Origin: Escherichia coli
GTDB taxonomy: Bacteria > Pseudomonadota > Gammaproteobacteria > Enterobacterales > Enterobacteriaceae
NCBI RefSeq assembly: GCF_044647545.1
Contig: NZ_CP172818.1
Strand: one strand, 5' to 3'
DNA: 64,000 bases
Position numbers and translations under genes: made by a program. Of the stretch, positions 15,728 through 29,409 are shown piece by piece. The number at the start of each line of letters is the position of its first letter. The first letter of the stretch is position 1. Under the pieces are notes generated by a model that saw nothing but the letters and a program-made list of their open reading frames with translations, was not told where the DNA came from and did no database searches.

Positions 15728-15742
15728 GTGCACCTGGTGCAC
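15728..15742. promoter_or_regulatory. MhpR operator palindrome in the mhpR-mhpA intergenic region
   Basis: Perfect inverted repeat gtgcacc-t-ggtgcac; matches the reported MhpR binding palindrome (recollection). Confidence 0.6.
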
Positions 15743-15884
15743 ATTCGGGCATGTTTTGATTGTAGCCGAAAACACCCTTCCTATACTGAGCGCACAATAA
15801 AAAATCATTTACATGCTTTTAACAAAATAAGTTGCGCTGTACTGTGCGCGCAACGGCATTTTGTCCGAGTCGTGAGGTACTGAA

Positions 15885-17549
15885 ATGGCAATACAACACC
15901 CTGACATCCAGCCTGCTGTTAACCATAGCGTTCAGGTGGCGATCGCTGGTGCCGGTCCGGTCGGGCTGATGATGGCGAACTATCTCGGCCAGATGGGCAT
16001 TGACGTGCTGGTGGTGGAGAAACTCGATAAGTTGATCGACTACCCGCGTGCGATTGGTATTGATGACGAGGCGCTGCGCACCATGCAGTCGGTTGGCCTG
16101 GTCGATAATGTTCTGCCGCACACTACGCCGTGGCACGCGATGCGTTTTCTCACCCCAAAAGGTCGCTGTTTTGCTGATATTCAGCCAATGACCGATGAAT
16201 TTGGCTGGCCGCGCCGTAACGCCTTTATTCAGCCTCAGGTCGATGCGGTAATGCTGGAAGGATTGTCGCGTTTTCCGAATGTGCGCTGCCTGTTTTCCCG
16301 CGAGCTGGAGGCCTTCAGCCAGCAAGATGACGAAGTGACCGTGCACCTGAAAACGGCAGAAGGGCAGCGGGAAACGGTCAAAGCCCAGTGGCTGGTGGCC
16401 TGTGATGGTGGGGCAAGTTTTGTCCGTCGCACCCTGAATGTGCCGTTTGAAGGTAAAACTGCGCCAAATCAGTGGATTGTGGTAGATATCGCCAACGATC
16501 CGTTAAGTACGCCGCATATCTATTTGTGTTGTGATCCGGTGCGCCCGTATGTTTCTGCCGCGCTGCCTCATGCGGTACGTCGCTTTGAATTTATGGTGAT
16601 GCCGGGAGAAACCGAAGAACAGCTGCGTGAGCCGCAAAATATGCGCAAGCTGTTAAGCAAAGTGCTGCCTAATCCGGACAATGTTGAATTGATTCGCCAG
16701 CGTGTCTACACCCACAACGCGCGACTGGCGCAACGTTTTCGTATTGATCGCGTACTGCTGGCGGGCGATGCCGCGCACATCATGCCGGTGTGGCAGGGGC
16801 AGGGCTATAACAGTGGTATGCGCGACGCCTTTAACCTCGCATGGAAACTGGCGTTGGTTATCCAGGGGAAAGCCCGCGATGCGCTGCTCGATACCTATCA
16901 ACAAGAACGTCGCGATCACGCCAAAGCGATGATTGACCTGTCCGTGACGGCGGGCAACGTGCTGGCTCCGCCGAAACGCTGGCAGGGTACGTTACGTGAC
17001 GGCGTTTCCTGGCTGCTGAATTATCTGCCGCCAGTAAAACGCTACTTCCTCGAAATGCGCTTCAAGCCGATGCCGCAATATTACGGCGGTGCGCTGGTGC
17101 GTGAGGGCGAAGCGAAGCACTCTCCGGTCGGCAAGATGTTTATTCAGCCGAAAGTCACGCTGGAAAACGGCGACGTGACGCTGCTCGATAACGCGATCGG
17201 CGCGAACTTCGCGGTAATTGGCTGGGGATGCAATCCACTGTGGGGGATGAGCGACGAGCAAATCCAGCAGTGGCGCGCGTTGGGCACACGCTTCATTCAG
17301 GTGGTGCCGGAAGTGCAAATTCATACCGCACAGGATAACCACGACGGCGTACTACGCGTGGGGGATACGCAAGGTCGCCTGCGTAGCTGGTTCGCGCAAC
17401 ACAATGCTTCGCTGGTGGTGATGCGCCCGGATCGCTTTGTTGCCGCCACCGCCATTCCGCAAACCCTGGGCAAGACCCTGAATAAACTGGCGTCGGTGAT
17501 GACGCTGACCCGCCCTGATGCCGACGTTTCTGTCGAAAAGGTAGCCTGA
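15885..17549 (+). CDS. mhpA: 3-(3-hydroxyphenyl)propionate hydroxylase (FAD monooxygenase)
   Basis: 554-aa ORF with N-terminal FAD-binding GxGxxG ([12 protein letters not shown]). Confidence 0.9.
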   Translation: MAIQHPDIQPAVNHSVQVAIAGAGPVGLMMANYLGQMGIDVLVVEKLDKLIDYPRAIGIDDEALRTMQSVGLVDNVLPHTTPWHAMRFLTPKGRCFADIQPMTDEFGWPRRNAFIQPQVDAVMLEGLSRFPNVRCLFSRELEAFSQQDDEVTVHLKTAEGQRETVKAQWLVACDGGASFVRRTLNVPFEGKTAPNQWIVVDIANDPLSTPHIYLCCDPVRPYVSAALPHAVRRFEFMVMPGETEEQLREPQNMRKLLSKVLPNPDNVELIRQRVYTHNARLAQRFRIDRVLLAGDAAHIMPVWQGQGYNSGMRDAFNLAWKLALVIQGKARDALLDTYQQERRDHAKAMIDLSVTAGNVLAPPKRWQGTLRDGVSWLLNYLPPVKRYFLEMRFKPMPQYYGGALVREGEAKHSPVGKMFIQPKVTLENGDVTLLDNAIGANFAVIGWGCNPLWGMSDEQIQQWRALGTRFIQVVPEVQIHTAQDNHDGVLRVGDTQGRLRSWFAQHNASLVVMRPDRFVAATAIPQTLGKTLNKLASVMTLTRPDADVSVEKVA

Positions 17550-17550
17550 T

Positions 17551-18495
17551 ATGCACGCTTATCTTCACTGTCTTTCCCACTCGCCGCTGGTGGGGTATGT
17601 CGACCCGGCACAAGAGGTACTCGATGAGGTCAATGGCGTGATTGCCAGCGCCCGCGAGCGTATTGCGGCTTTCTCCCCTGAACTGGTGGTGCTGTTTGCG
17701 CCAGATCACTACAACGGCTTTTTCTATGACGTGATGCCACCGTTCTGTTTAGGCGTTGGAGCGACGGCAATTGGTGATTTCGGCAGTGCGGCAGGTGAGC
17801 TGCCCGTGCCTGTGGAGCTGGCGGAGGCCTGTGCGCATGCCGTCATGAAGAGCGGGATCGATCTTGCCGTTTCTTACTGTATGCAGGTGGACCACGGGTT
17901 CGCCCAGCCGCTGGAGTTCCTGCTCGGTGGGCTGGATAAGGTGCCAGTTCTGCCTATGTTCATCAACGGTGTCGCCACGCCGCTGCCCGGTTTCCAGCGT
18001 ACCCGCATGTTGGGGGAAGCCATTGGACGTTTCACCAGCACTCTCAATAAACGCGTGCTGTTCCTTGGGTCCGGTGGGCTTTCCCATCAGCCGCCGGTGC
18101 CAGAACTGGCGAAAGCCGATGCCCATATGCGCGACCGTCTATTGGGGAGCGGGAAAGATTTACCCGCCAGTGAGCGCGAATTGCGTCAGCAACGGGTGAT
18201 TAGCGCCGCTGAGAAGTTTGTTGAGGATCAGAGAACGCTGCATCCGCTCAACCCGATTTGGGATAACCAGTTCATGACTTTGCTGGAGCAGGGACGCATA
18301 CAGGAACTGGATGCCTTCAGTAACGAAGAGCTTTCCGCCATTGCCGGAAAGTCGACACATGAAATCAAAACCTGGGTCGCCGCTTTTGCCGCTATTTCTG
18401 CGTTTGGCAACTGGCGTAGCGAAGGGCGTTATTACCGCCCAATCCCGGAGTGGATTGCCGGATTTGGCTCGTTAAGCGCCAGAACAGAGAACTGA
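17551..18495 (+). CDS. mhpB: 2,3-dihydroxyphenylpropionate 1,2-dioxygenase (extradiol)
   Basis: 314-aa [22 protein letters not shown]...; 1-bp spacing from mhpA. Confidence 0.9.
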
Positions 18496-18512
18496 ATATG
18501 CAGGAGAAGATG

Positions 18513-19379
18513 ATGAGTTATCAGCCACAAACCGAAGCCGCCACCAGCCGTTTTCTGAATGTAGAAGAAGCGGGTAAAACGCTGCGCATCCATTTTAATG
18601 ACTGCGGACAAGGCGACGAAACTGTTGTCCTGCTGCATGGTTCCGGCCCGGGTGCTACTGGCTGGGCGAACTTCAGCCGCAATATCGATCCGCTGGTAGA
18701 GGCGGGCTATCGGGTGATCCTGCTGGATTGTCCGGGTTGGGGCAAGAGCGATTCGATCGTTAATAGTGGTTCGCGATCGGATCTTAATGCACGAATCCTG
18801 AAAAGCGTGGTGGATCAACTGGATATCGCCAAAATCCACCTGCTGGGCAACTCGATGGGTGGCCATAGTTCTGTGGCGTTCACCCTTAACTGGCCGGAGC
18901 GCGTCGGCAAACTGGTGCTGATGGGCGGCGGTACGGGCGGCATGAGTTTGTTTACGCCGATGCCAACCGAAGGTATTAAGCGACTGAATCAGCTTTATCG
19001 TCAGCCGACTATCGAAAACCTGAAGCTGATGATGGATATCTTCGTTTTTGATACCAGCGATTTGACCGACGCCCTGTTTGAAGCGCGTCTGAATAATATG
19101 CTGTCGCGCCGCGATCACCTGGAAAACTTCGTTAAGAGCCTGGAAGCCAATCCGAAACAGTTCCCGGATTTTGGCCCACGGCTGGCGGAAATCAAAGCGC
19201 AAACCCTGATTGTCTGGGGGCGCAACGACCGCTTTGTGCCGATGGATGCGGGTCTGCGTCTGCTGTCCGGCATTGCCGGTTCTGAACTGCATATCTTCCG
19301 CGACTGTGGTCACTGGGCGCAGTGGGAACATGCCGACGCTTTCAATCAACTGGTGCTGAATTTCCTCGCACGCCCTTAA
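18513..19379 (+). CDS. mhpC: 2-hydroxy-6-ketonona-2,4-dienedioate hydrolase (alpha/beta hydrolase)
   Basis: 288 aa from ATG 18513 with SD aggag at 18502-18506; GNSMGG nucleophile elbow. Confidence 0.9.
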
Positions 19380-21141
<1,762 letters not shown>

Positions 21142-21145
<4 letters not shown>

Positions 21146-22155
21146 ACGATAAAAAACTTTATATCTCGGACGTCACGTTGCGTGATGGTATGCACGCCAT
21201 TCGTCATCAGTATTCATTGGAAAACGTTCGCCAGGTTGCCAAAGCACTGGACGATGCCCGCGTGGATTCGATTGAAGTGGCCCACGGCGACGGTTTGCAA
21301 GGTTCCAGCTTTAACTATGGTTTCGGCGCACATAGCGACCTTGAATGGATTGAAGCGGCGGCGGATGTGGTGAAGCACGCCAAAATCGCGACGTTGTTGC
21401 TGCCTGGAATCGGCACTATTCACGATCTGAAAAATGCCTGGCAGGCTGGCGCGCGGGTGGTTCGTGTGGCTACGCACTGTACCGAAGCTGATGTTTCCGC
21501 CCAGCATATTCAGTATGCCCGCGAGCTCGGAATGGACACCGTTGGCTTTCTGATGATGAGCCATATGACCACGCCGGAGAATCTCGCAAAGCAGGCAAAG
21601 CTGATGGAAGGCTACGGTGCGACCTGTATTTATGTGGTGGATTCTGGCGGTGCGATGAACATGAGCGATATCCGTGACCGTTTCCGCGCCCTGAAAGCAG
21701 TGCTGAAACCAGAAACGCAAACCGGCATACACGCTCACCATAACCTGAGTCTTGGCGTGGCGAACTCTATCGCGGCGGTGGAAGAGGGCTGCGACCGAAT
21801 CGATGCCAGTCTCGCGGGAATGGGCGCGGGCGCAGGTAACGCGCCGCTGGAAGTGTTTATTGCCGCCGCGGATAAACTGGGTTGGCAGCATGGGACCGAT
21901 CTCTATGCGTTAATGGATGCCGCTGACGACCTGGTGCGTCCGTTGCAGGATCGTCCGGTACGAGTCGATCGCGAAACGCTGGCGCTGGGATACGCCGGTG
22001 TTTACTCCAGCTTCCTGCGTCACTGTGAAACGGCGGCGGCGCGTTATGGCTTAAGCGCGGTGGATATTCTCGTTGAGTTGGGCAAACGCCGGATGGTTGG
22101 CGGTCAGGAGGATATGATCGTCGATGTGGCGCTGGATCTGCGCAACAACAAATAA
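21142..22155 (+). CDS. mhpE: 4-hydroxy-2-oxovalerate aldolase
   Basis: 337-aa ORF overlapping mhpF by 4 bp. Confidence 0.9.
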
Positions 22156-22329
22156 TGATGACTGCCGAGAACGTGCATTTTGTATGCCCATCCCAGCACG
22201 ACTGCCGGATGTAAACGCCTTGTTCGGCCTACATTTTCTTCGCCTGTAGGCAGTCATTAAATGGTTCTGATTACGCGGCTGGCAATGTATCAGCCGCGAT
22301 TCACCTGCACTCGCAACGAGGTTCATCTT

Positions 22330-23541
22330 ATGTCGACTCGTATCCCTTCATCATCTTCATCCCGCCTGATGCTGACCATCGGGCTTTGTTTTTTGGTCGC
22401 TCTGATGGAAGGACTGGATCTTCAGGCGACTGGCATTGCGGCGGGTGGCATCGCCCAGGCTTTCGCACTCGATAAAATGCAAATGGGCTGGATATTCAGC
22501 GCCGGAATACTCGGTTTGCTACCCGGCGCGCTGGTTGGCGGAATGCTGGCGGACCGTTATGGTCGTAAGCGTATTTTAATTAGCTCAGTTGCGCTGTTTG
22601 GTTTGTTCTCACTGGCAACGGCGATTGCCTGGGATTTCCCCTCACTGGTCTTTGCGCGGCTGATGACCGGTGTCGGGCTGGGGGCGGCGTTGCCGAATCT
22701 TATCGCCCTGACGTCTGAAGCCGCAGGGCCACGTTTTCGTGGGACGGCAGTGAGCCTGATGTATTGCGGTGTTCCCATTGGCGCGGCGCTGGCGGCGACG
22801 CTGGGTTTCGCGGGGGCAAACTTAGCATGGCAAATGGTGTTTTGGGTCGGTGGTGTGGTGCCGTTGATTCTGGTGCCGCTATTAATGCGCTGGCTGCCGG
22901 AGTCGGCGGTGTTCGCTGGCGAAAAACAGGCTGCGCCACCACTGCGTGCGTTATTTGCGCCAGAAACGGCTACCGCGACGCTGCTGCTGTGGTTGTGTTA
23001 TTTCTTCACTCTGCTGGTGGTCTACATGTTGATCAACTGGCTACCGCTGCTTTTGGTGGAGCAAGGATTGCAGCCATCGCAGGCGGCAGGGGTGATGTTT
23101 GCACTGCAAATGGGTGCGGCAAGCGGGACGTTAATGTTGGGCGCATTGATGGATAAGCTGCGTCCAGTAACCATGTCGCTACTGATTTATAGCGGCATGT
23201 TAGCTTCGCTGCTGGCGCTGGGAACGGTGTCGTCATTTAACGGTATGTTGCTGGCGGGATTCGTCGCGGGGTTGTTTGCGACAGGTGGGCAAAGCGTTTT
23301 GTATGCCCTGGCACCGTTGTTTTACAGTTCGCAGATCCGCGCAACAGGTGTGGGAACAGCCGTGGCGGTAGGGCGTCTGGGGGCTATGAGCGGTCCGTTA
23401 CTGGCCGGGAAAATGCTGGCATTAGGCACTGGCACGGTTGGCGTAATGGCCGCTTCTGCGCCGGGTATTCTTGTTGCCGGCCTGGCAGTGTTTATTTTGA
23501 TGAGCCGGAGATCACGAATGCAGCCGTGTGCAGATGCCTGA
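22330..23541 (+). CDS. mhpT: MFS transporter for 3-hydroxyphenylpropionate
   Basis: 403 aa from ATG 22330 (MSTRIPSSSSS...), multi-TM; the ORF extends upstream to 22261 but this start fits the known length. Confidence 0.85.
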   Translation: MSTRIPSSSSSRLMLTIGLCFLVALMEGLDLQATGIAAGGIAQAFALDKMQMGWIFSAGILGLLPGALVGGMLADRYGRKRILISSVALFGLFSLATAIAWDFPSLVFARLMTGVGLGAALPNLIALTSEAAGPRFRGTAVSLMYCGVPIGAALAATLGFAGANLAWQMVFWVGGVVPLILVPLLMRWLPESAVFAGEKQAAPPLRALFAPETATATLLLWLCYFFTLLVVYMLINWLPLLLVEQGLQPSQAAGVMFALQMGAASGTLMLGALMDKLRPVTMSLLIYSGMLASLLALGTVSSFNGMLLAGFVAGLFATGGQSVLYALAPLFYSSQIRATGVGTAVAVGRLGAMSGPLLAGKMLALGTGTVGVMAASAPGILVAGLAVFILMSRRSRMQPCADA

Positions 23542-23642
23542 CGCGCCTTATTAAGCAGGGGCGAAAGGGACTTCCCCCCAATACACCTACGGCGTTTACA
23601 GGTATACTCGCTAAAAATTATTCAGCGGGTTTGGAAACAAAG

Positions 23643-24182
23643 ATGGCAAAACTTACCTTACAAGAGCAGTTGCTCAAAGCAGGATTAGTCACCAGCAAAA
23701 AAGCGGCGAAGGTCGAGAGAACGGCGAAAAAATCGCGCGTTCAGGCGCGTGAAGCTCGGGCGGCGGTAGAAGAAAATAAAAAGGCACAGCTTGAGCGTGA
23801 TAAACAGCTTAGTGAGCAGCAAAAACAAGCGGCGTTGGCGAAAGAATATAAAGCTCAGGTGAAGCAGCTTATCGAAATGAACCGGATCACCATTGCCAAT
23901 GGCGATATCGGTTTTAACTTTACCGATGGCAATCTGATTAAGAAGATTTTTGTCGATAAGCTCACACAAACGCAGTTGATTAATGGTCGTCTGGCGATTG
24001 CACGTTTGCAGATCGATAACAATAGCGAAGGTGAATACGCCATTATTCCCGCCAGCGTTGCCGATAAAATTGCTCAGCGTGATGCCAGCAGTATTGTGTT
24101 GCACAGCGCGCTCAGCGCCGAAGAGCAGGATGAAGACGATCCGTATGCTGACTTCAAAGTGCCTGATGATTTGATGTGGTAA
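23643..24182 (+). CDS. yaiL: conserved protein of unknown function (DUF2058-like)
   Basis: 179 aa from ATG 23643 (MAKLTLQEQLLKAGLV...), Lys/Glu-rich N-terminal half. Confidence 0.8.
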   Translation: MAKLTLQEQLLKAGLVTSKKAAKVERTAKKSRVQAREARAAVEENKKAQLERDKQLSEQQKQAALAKEYKAQVKQLIEMNRITIANGDIGFNFTDGNLIKKIFVDKLTQTQLINGRLAIARLQIDNNSEGEYAIIPASVADKIAQRDASSIVLHSALSAEEQDEDDPYADFKVPDDLMW

Positions 24183-24199
24183 ACATTGATAAATCGTGT

Positions 24200-24340
24200 G
24201 CAGCACCCACACCAGCCAGCAAGAGCGGATAAGGCGTCCGCCCACCGGCAGCGTGCATCCTGATGACGCTTTGCATCTATCATCCTAGTTTCCAGAAATA
24301 GGATAAGGCGTTCACGCCGCATCCGGCAGTCGTGCACTAT
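24200..24340. repeat. REP-like palindromic elements between yaiL and frmB
   Basis: GGATAAGGCGTTCACGCCGCATCCGGCAG-type units. Confidence 0.5.
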
Positions 24341-24342
24341 TA

Positions 24343-25176
24343 TCAACGCATATTCAGTTTATTGGCGTGGTACGCAATATGCTCGCCAATAAAACTGGAG
24401 ACAAAATAATAGCTGTGATCATAACCCTCGTGATAACGGATTAACGTCTTGATATTCATCTCCTGGCAGATCTTTTCAAGATTTGAAGTCCGCAGCTGTT
24501 CTGCGTAAAAATCATCACTCAACCCCTGATCAACCATTATTTCCGCAACGCGTTGACCTTGTGAAATAAGGCTCACCGGATCGTAATCCAACCAGGCTTC
24601 TTTATTTTCACCAAGATACGCGGCAAAGGCTTGCTGTCCCCACGGTACTTGCGATGGGGAGACAATGGGCGAAAACGCCGAGACGCTGGCATATTCATCT
24701 GGGTTACGTAACGCCAGCACCAGCGCGCCCAGCCCGCCCATAGAATGACCCGATATCGACTTTCTTGCCGTTGCTGGAAAATGTTTCAGCACTAAATCTG
24801 GTAGCTCGCTGCGGATGTAGTCATACATTTTGAAATGTTCATTCCACGGCGCTTGTGTTGCGTTCAGGTAGAACCCGGCACCTTGCCCGAGATCGTAACG
24901 GTCGGCATCTGCGACATGACTGCCTCGCGGACTGGTGTCTGGCGCAACAACAATAATGTTGTGCTCCGCCGCGTAACGTTGCATCCCCGATTTAGTAATG
25001 AAATTCTGCTCGTTGCAGGTCAGGCCCGAAAGCCAGTACAGCACCGGTAATTTTTCATTCCCGGCTTTTGGTGGGAGATAGACGCCGACATTCATTTCAC
25101 ATTTCAGTGATTGGGAATAATGCCGATACACATTTTGCCAGCCGCCAAAGCTGGCATGTTTTTCAATGAGTTCCAT
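24343..25176 (-). CDS. frmB: S-formylglutathione hydrolase
   Basis: 277-aa esterase with GHSMGG motif. Confidence 0.9.
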   Translation of the reverse strand: MELIEKHASFGGWQNVYRHYSQSLKCEMNVGVYLPPKAGNEKLPVLYWLSGLTCNEQNFITKSGMQRYAAEHNIIVVAPDTSPRGSHVADADRYDLGQGAGFYLNATQAPWNEHFKMYDYIRSELPDLVLKHFPATARKSISGHSMGGLGALVLALRNPDEYASVSAFSPIVSPSQVPWGQQAFAAYLGENKEAWLDYDPVSLISQGQRVAEIMVDQGLSDDFYAEQLRTSNLEKICQEMNIKTLIRYHEGYDHSYYFVSSFIGEHIAYHANKLNMR

Positions 25177-25267
25177 CAGTCATTATCTCACGGTTAATCC
25201 CCCGGACGGCTGCCCGGGGAGAGTATTAAGAACCCCGTCTGAACTGGACGGGTAAACCTGCGGGAAA

Positions 25268-26407
<1,140 letters not shown>

Positions 26408-26411
26408 TCAG

Positions 26412-26687
26412 CTATTTAAGATAGGCACGAACCAGTTCAATAGTGTCGTCAACGGATTGGCTGACTTCGCGGCTGTAGCAGTCATTTCGGTCAAACGTTT
26501 CCCGGATATGGCTTTCAAGCACTTCTGCCATCAGCCCGTTAGCCGCGCCCCGAACGGCAGCGATCTGTTGGAGTATGGCACGGCATTCGGCATCACCCTC
26601 CAGCGACCGTTCCAGAGCATCAATTTGCCCCCGAATACGACGAACTCGAGTAAGGACCTTTTTCTTCTCTTCCGGAGTACTGGGCAT
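26412..26687 (-). CDS. frmR: formaldehyde-responsive repressor (CsoR/RcnR family)
   Basis: 91 aa from [30 protein letters not shown]...; first gene of frmRAB. Confidence 0.9.
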
Positions 26688-26713
26688 TTCGCACCTCATC
26701 ATCTGCACGCAAT

Positions 26714-26762
26714 ATACTATAGGGGGGTATGCTATATGTCAATGCATACCCCCCTATAGTAT
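26714..26762. promoter_or_regulatory. frmR operator/promoter: 19-bp perfect inverted repeat with G6/C6 tracts
   Basis: atactataggggggtatgc (26714-26732) and gcatacccccctatagtat (26744-26762) lie immediately upstream of the frmR start. Confidence 0.7.
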
Positions 26763-26871
26763 ATAACACTGGAGAATAAAATTTATCCGGTGAATGTAGT
26801 CGGATAACAAAAAGGAAAGAGGGGCCTAATCGACAGGGAAGGCCGCCCCGGATAGCGGGCGGCAGAAGCAA

Positions 26872-27645
26872 TCAGAATTTCCAGGTCAGATGGGCTGCAA
26901 GTTGCAGACCGTTATAATCATCGGTTGGGGTGTCGTACCACACTTTACCTGCCGTCAGCCCGAGATTAAGTTGCTCAGTCAGCGGTTGAATACGTTGCAG
27001 ACTGACGCTCTTCATGCTGCCGTAGCGTGTTTCTGGCGTCCAGTCATAGGTGTAAGCGCCTGTTCCGCGGCTTAGCCATAGTTGCGTATAACCAGTGCCG
27101 CGCGGGTCATTCAGACGCACGGAAATCATATTGCTGTAACTACCACCTGCATCGCTGGAGTCATAATGGGTATAGCGGTAGCTGGAGATCACCGGGCCAG
27201 TATAGAGGGATACGCCGCCTTGCCAGGCATCGACTTCGACATCATCGTAATATTTAGTGTAGCGATAACCGGTCGTGAAAAGCGTTTTTGGCAACAGGGC
27301 CAGGTTAATATCCTGACGAAAATCCTGGCGGGCAAAGACCGGCGTATTATCCGCAAAGGCAATACCCGTTCGGGTTGTCAGCCAGTTATTCCATTTATAC
27401 CAGACCGCACCCTGACCGCGAGTGGCATTGAAATGTTCAGTTTCATAATCACGACGCCCCTGGGAAAGATTAAAAAGCAGCGTTGCGTTTTCAACTTTCG
27501 CCACCAGTTCAGCATACGCTAAATTACGATTGCCATGATCGCCAGAATAATCGGTAAAATCGTAGCCCGCGGTAATGGAAGTTAACCCGGCATAAGCGGG
27601 CAATGTGCTAAAAATGGCCGCCGCTAATAACGTCCGTTTTATCAT
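26872..27645 (-). CDS. yaiO: outer-membrane beta-barrel protein
   Basis: 257-aa ORF with signal peptide (MIKRTLLAAAIFSTLPAYA) and C-terminal aromatic residue (…HLTWKF). Confidence 0.85.
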   Translation of the reverse strand: MIKRTLLAAAIFSTLPAYAGLTSITAGYDFTDYSGDHGNRNLAYAELVAKVENATLLFNLSQGRRDYETEHFNATRGQGAVWYKWNNWLTTRTGIAFADNTPVFARQDFRQDINLALLPKTLFTTGYRYTKYYDDVEVDAWQGGVSLYTGPVISSYRYTHYDSSDAGGSYSNMISVRLNDPRGTGYTQLWLSRGTGAYTYDWTPETRYGSMKSVSLQRIQPLTEQLNLGLTAGKVWYDTPTDDYNGLQLAAHLTWKF

Positions 27646-27646
27646 T

Positions 27647-28203
27647 TTAATCTCCTGTACGGATAAGTTCTTGTCGGAGTGAATAAGTTCCGGTAGGTAA
27701 ATTACGTTCTACAATCACGCGCGGGCCAAGTTGCGTGTTCGGGGAAATAATTCGCCCAGGCAAAATAATAACTTGTACGCCAAGGCGTGAACGCTGTCCG
27801 ATATAACAACCTAATTTATCGCATCCGGTAGCGATAATTCCCTCTGGAGTTCGAACAGACACGGGCTGTTCATCCAGACGATGATTACTGGTACGTACTT
27901 GTGCGCCCAAATATGCCTGGTTTGCGACTACCGAGTCGGCAATAAAACATTGCGGACCAATCGTTGCTTCCGCTTCAATAACCGCATTTTTAATTTCGGT
28001 GGCGAAACCAATTTTTACGCCATTGCTGATTATTGTGCCAGGACGAATAAACGAAATTACCTATCAGGCAGTTTGCGCCAATCACTACCGGACCCTGAAT
28101 AACGGCACCGTGACAAATACGGGTATTCGCGCCGATAACAACTTCACCTGCAGTTTCATCAATAATTACCTGGTCTGCAATCTGAATATTTTTCTCTTTA
28201 ACA
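27647..28203 (-). pseudogene. yaiX: hexapeptide-repeat acyltransferase, frameshifted
   Basis: Hexapeptide repeats (VIGANTRICHGAVIQGPVVIGANCLIGN) continue in another frame (IRPGTIISNGVKIGFA...) with the switch near 28040-28060; no IS element at the break. Confidence 0.7.
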
Positions 28204-29400
28204 TTAAGCTTCAGAAAGTTTTTCAGTTCCTGTGACAGAAGGTTGGGAATAAGCGGTTGACGCTTCCACCAGTGCGGAATAGCGGGTGGGTTTGTCGCGC
28301 TGAGGTTCGCGTCCAGTAAAAAAGGCAATAAGTCCATAAATAATCCAGATGGCATAAGCTAATAATACATACACAACGGAAAGCGGCGCTAAAGGCACCA
28401 ACAACCAGCAACGATGAAACCAGGCGCTAAAAGCACCAATAACACAAACTACGCCGACCCAGATAAGCGGAAACATTGCCAACACCACACCATGCGGCCC
28501 GGTGGTGATGAATTCATTAAACCAGGTAGTGAGATAAATCCCAACGCCATAAAGCACAACCAACAGCATAGGAAATATACTGAAGATACCGAAGCGGCTA
28601 AATAAAAGTCTTTTATGCAGGCGCATACAGACCGCGTAGCCCACAATCCAACGCCGCCAGCGACGCCATTCCTCACGCGGGCTGTTGCATTCCTGTGGGT
28701 ATACGATGCAGCGATTCGCCTGCCGAATACGATAGCCGTTTGCCACCAATGTCCAGGTGAGATCAAGGTCTTCGACTTTAGTACGATCAGAGAAACCGAA
28801 CTTACGCAATACATCAGTACGGAACATCCCGCAGGCACCGCTGATAATAAACGGTGCGCCGCCCAGGAGCTGCTGTAGCGTGCGCTTCATAACAATCATC
28901 GGCAACTTTACGGTCGCGCGGATGTGCGGTAACAGCCCCGCGCCTTTCAACGCAGTAGAGGGAATGCCGCCTACGGCATCAGCACCGCGCTCAATTTCTG
29001 CCAGCATATAGCCCATTCCGTCTTGATCGGGCGGAACATAGGTGTCGGCATCACTTAAAAAAACCTGGTCGCAGGTGGCGTAATTGAGGCCATTCATCAG
29101 CGCACCACCTTTACCGGTATTTTTTTGCGTGACGGCAACAAAGCGGTCGCCCCATTTGCGTTTGACTTCCGCCATGACCGCTTCGGTATTGTCCGTGGAG
29201 CCGTCGTTAACGCAAATTACCCGGCAAAAATAAGGGTTACGCAGCAGATTATCCAGTGACTGCGCCAGACACGGGCCTTCGTTATAAGCAGGTATAATGG
29301 CGTCAATACAGCCTTTTTTTTGGCTGGGCTTACGCCTTAACGTACTCAGGAACCATAGCAATATTGCTACGGCCATACAGATAAATATCCAGGTTTTCAT
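28204..29400 (-). CDS. yaiP: membrane glycosyltransferase, family 2
   Basis: 398-aa ORF with N-terminal TM, GT-A signatures (CVNDGSTDNT, SDADTYV) and C-terminal TM helices. Confidence 0.85.
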   Translation of the reverse strand: MKTWIFICMAVAILLWFLSTLRRKPSQKKGCIDAIIPAYNEGPCLAQSLDNLLRNPYFCRVICVNDGSTDNTEAVMAEVKRKWGDRFVAVTQKNTGKGGALMNGLNYATCDQVFLSDADTYVPPDQDGMGYMLAEIERGADAVGGIPSTALKGAGLLPHIRATVKLPMIVMKRTLQQLLGGAPFIISGACGMFRTDVLRKFGFSDRTKVEDLDLTWTLVANGYRIRQANRCIVYPQECNSPREEWRRWRRWIVGYAVCMRLHKRLLFSRFGIFSIFPMLLVVLYGVGIYLTTWFNEFITTGPHGVVLAMFPLIWVGVVCVIGAFSAWFHRCWLLVPLAPLSVVYVLLAYAIWIIYGLIAFFTGREPQRDKPTRYSALVEASTAYSQPSVTGTEKLSEA

Positions 29401-29409
29401 GCAATTTGC

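Noticed and set aside
26714-26762. G6/C6 palindrome considered as a possible integron attC or recombination site
   Set aside because: Single site directly at the frmR promoter with no integrase nearby; best explained as the FrmR operator.
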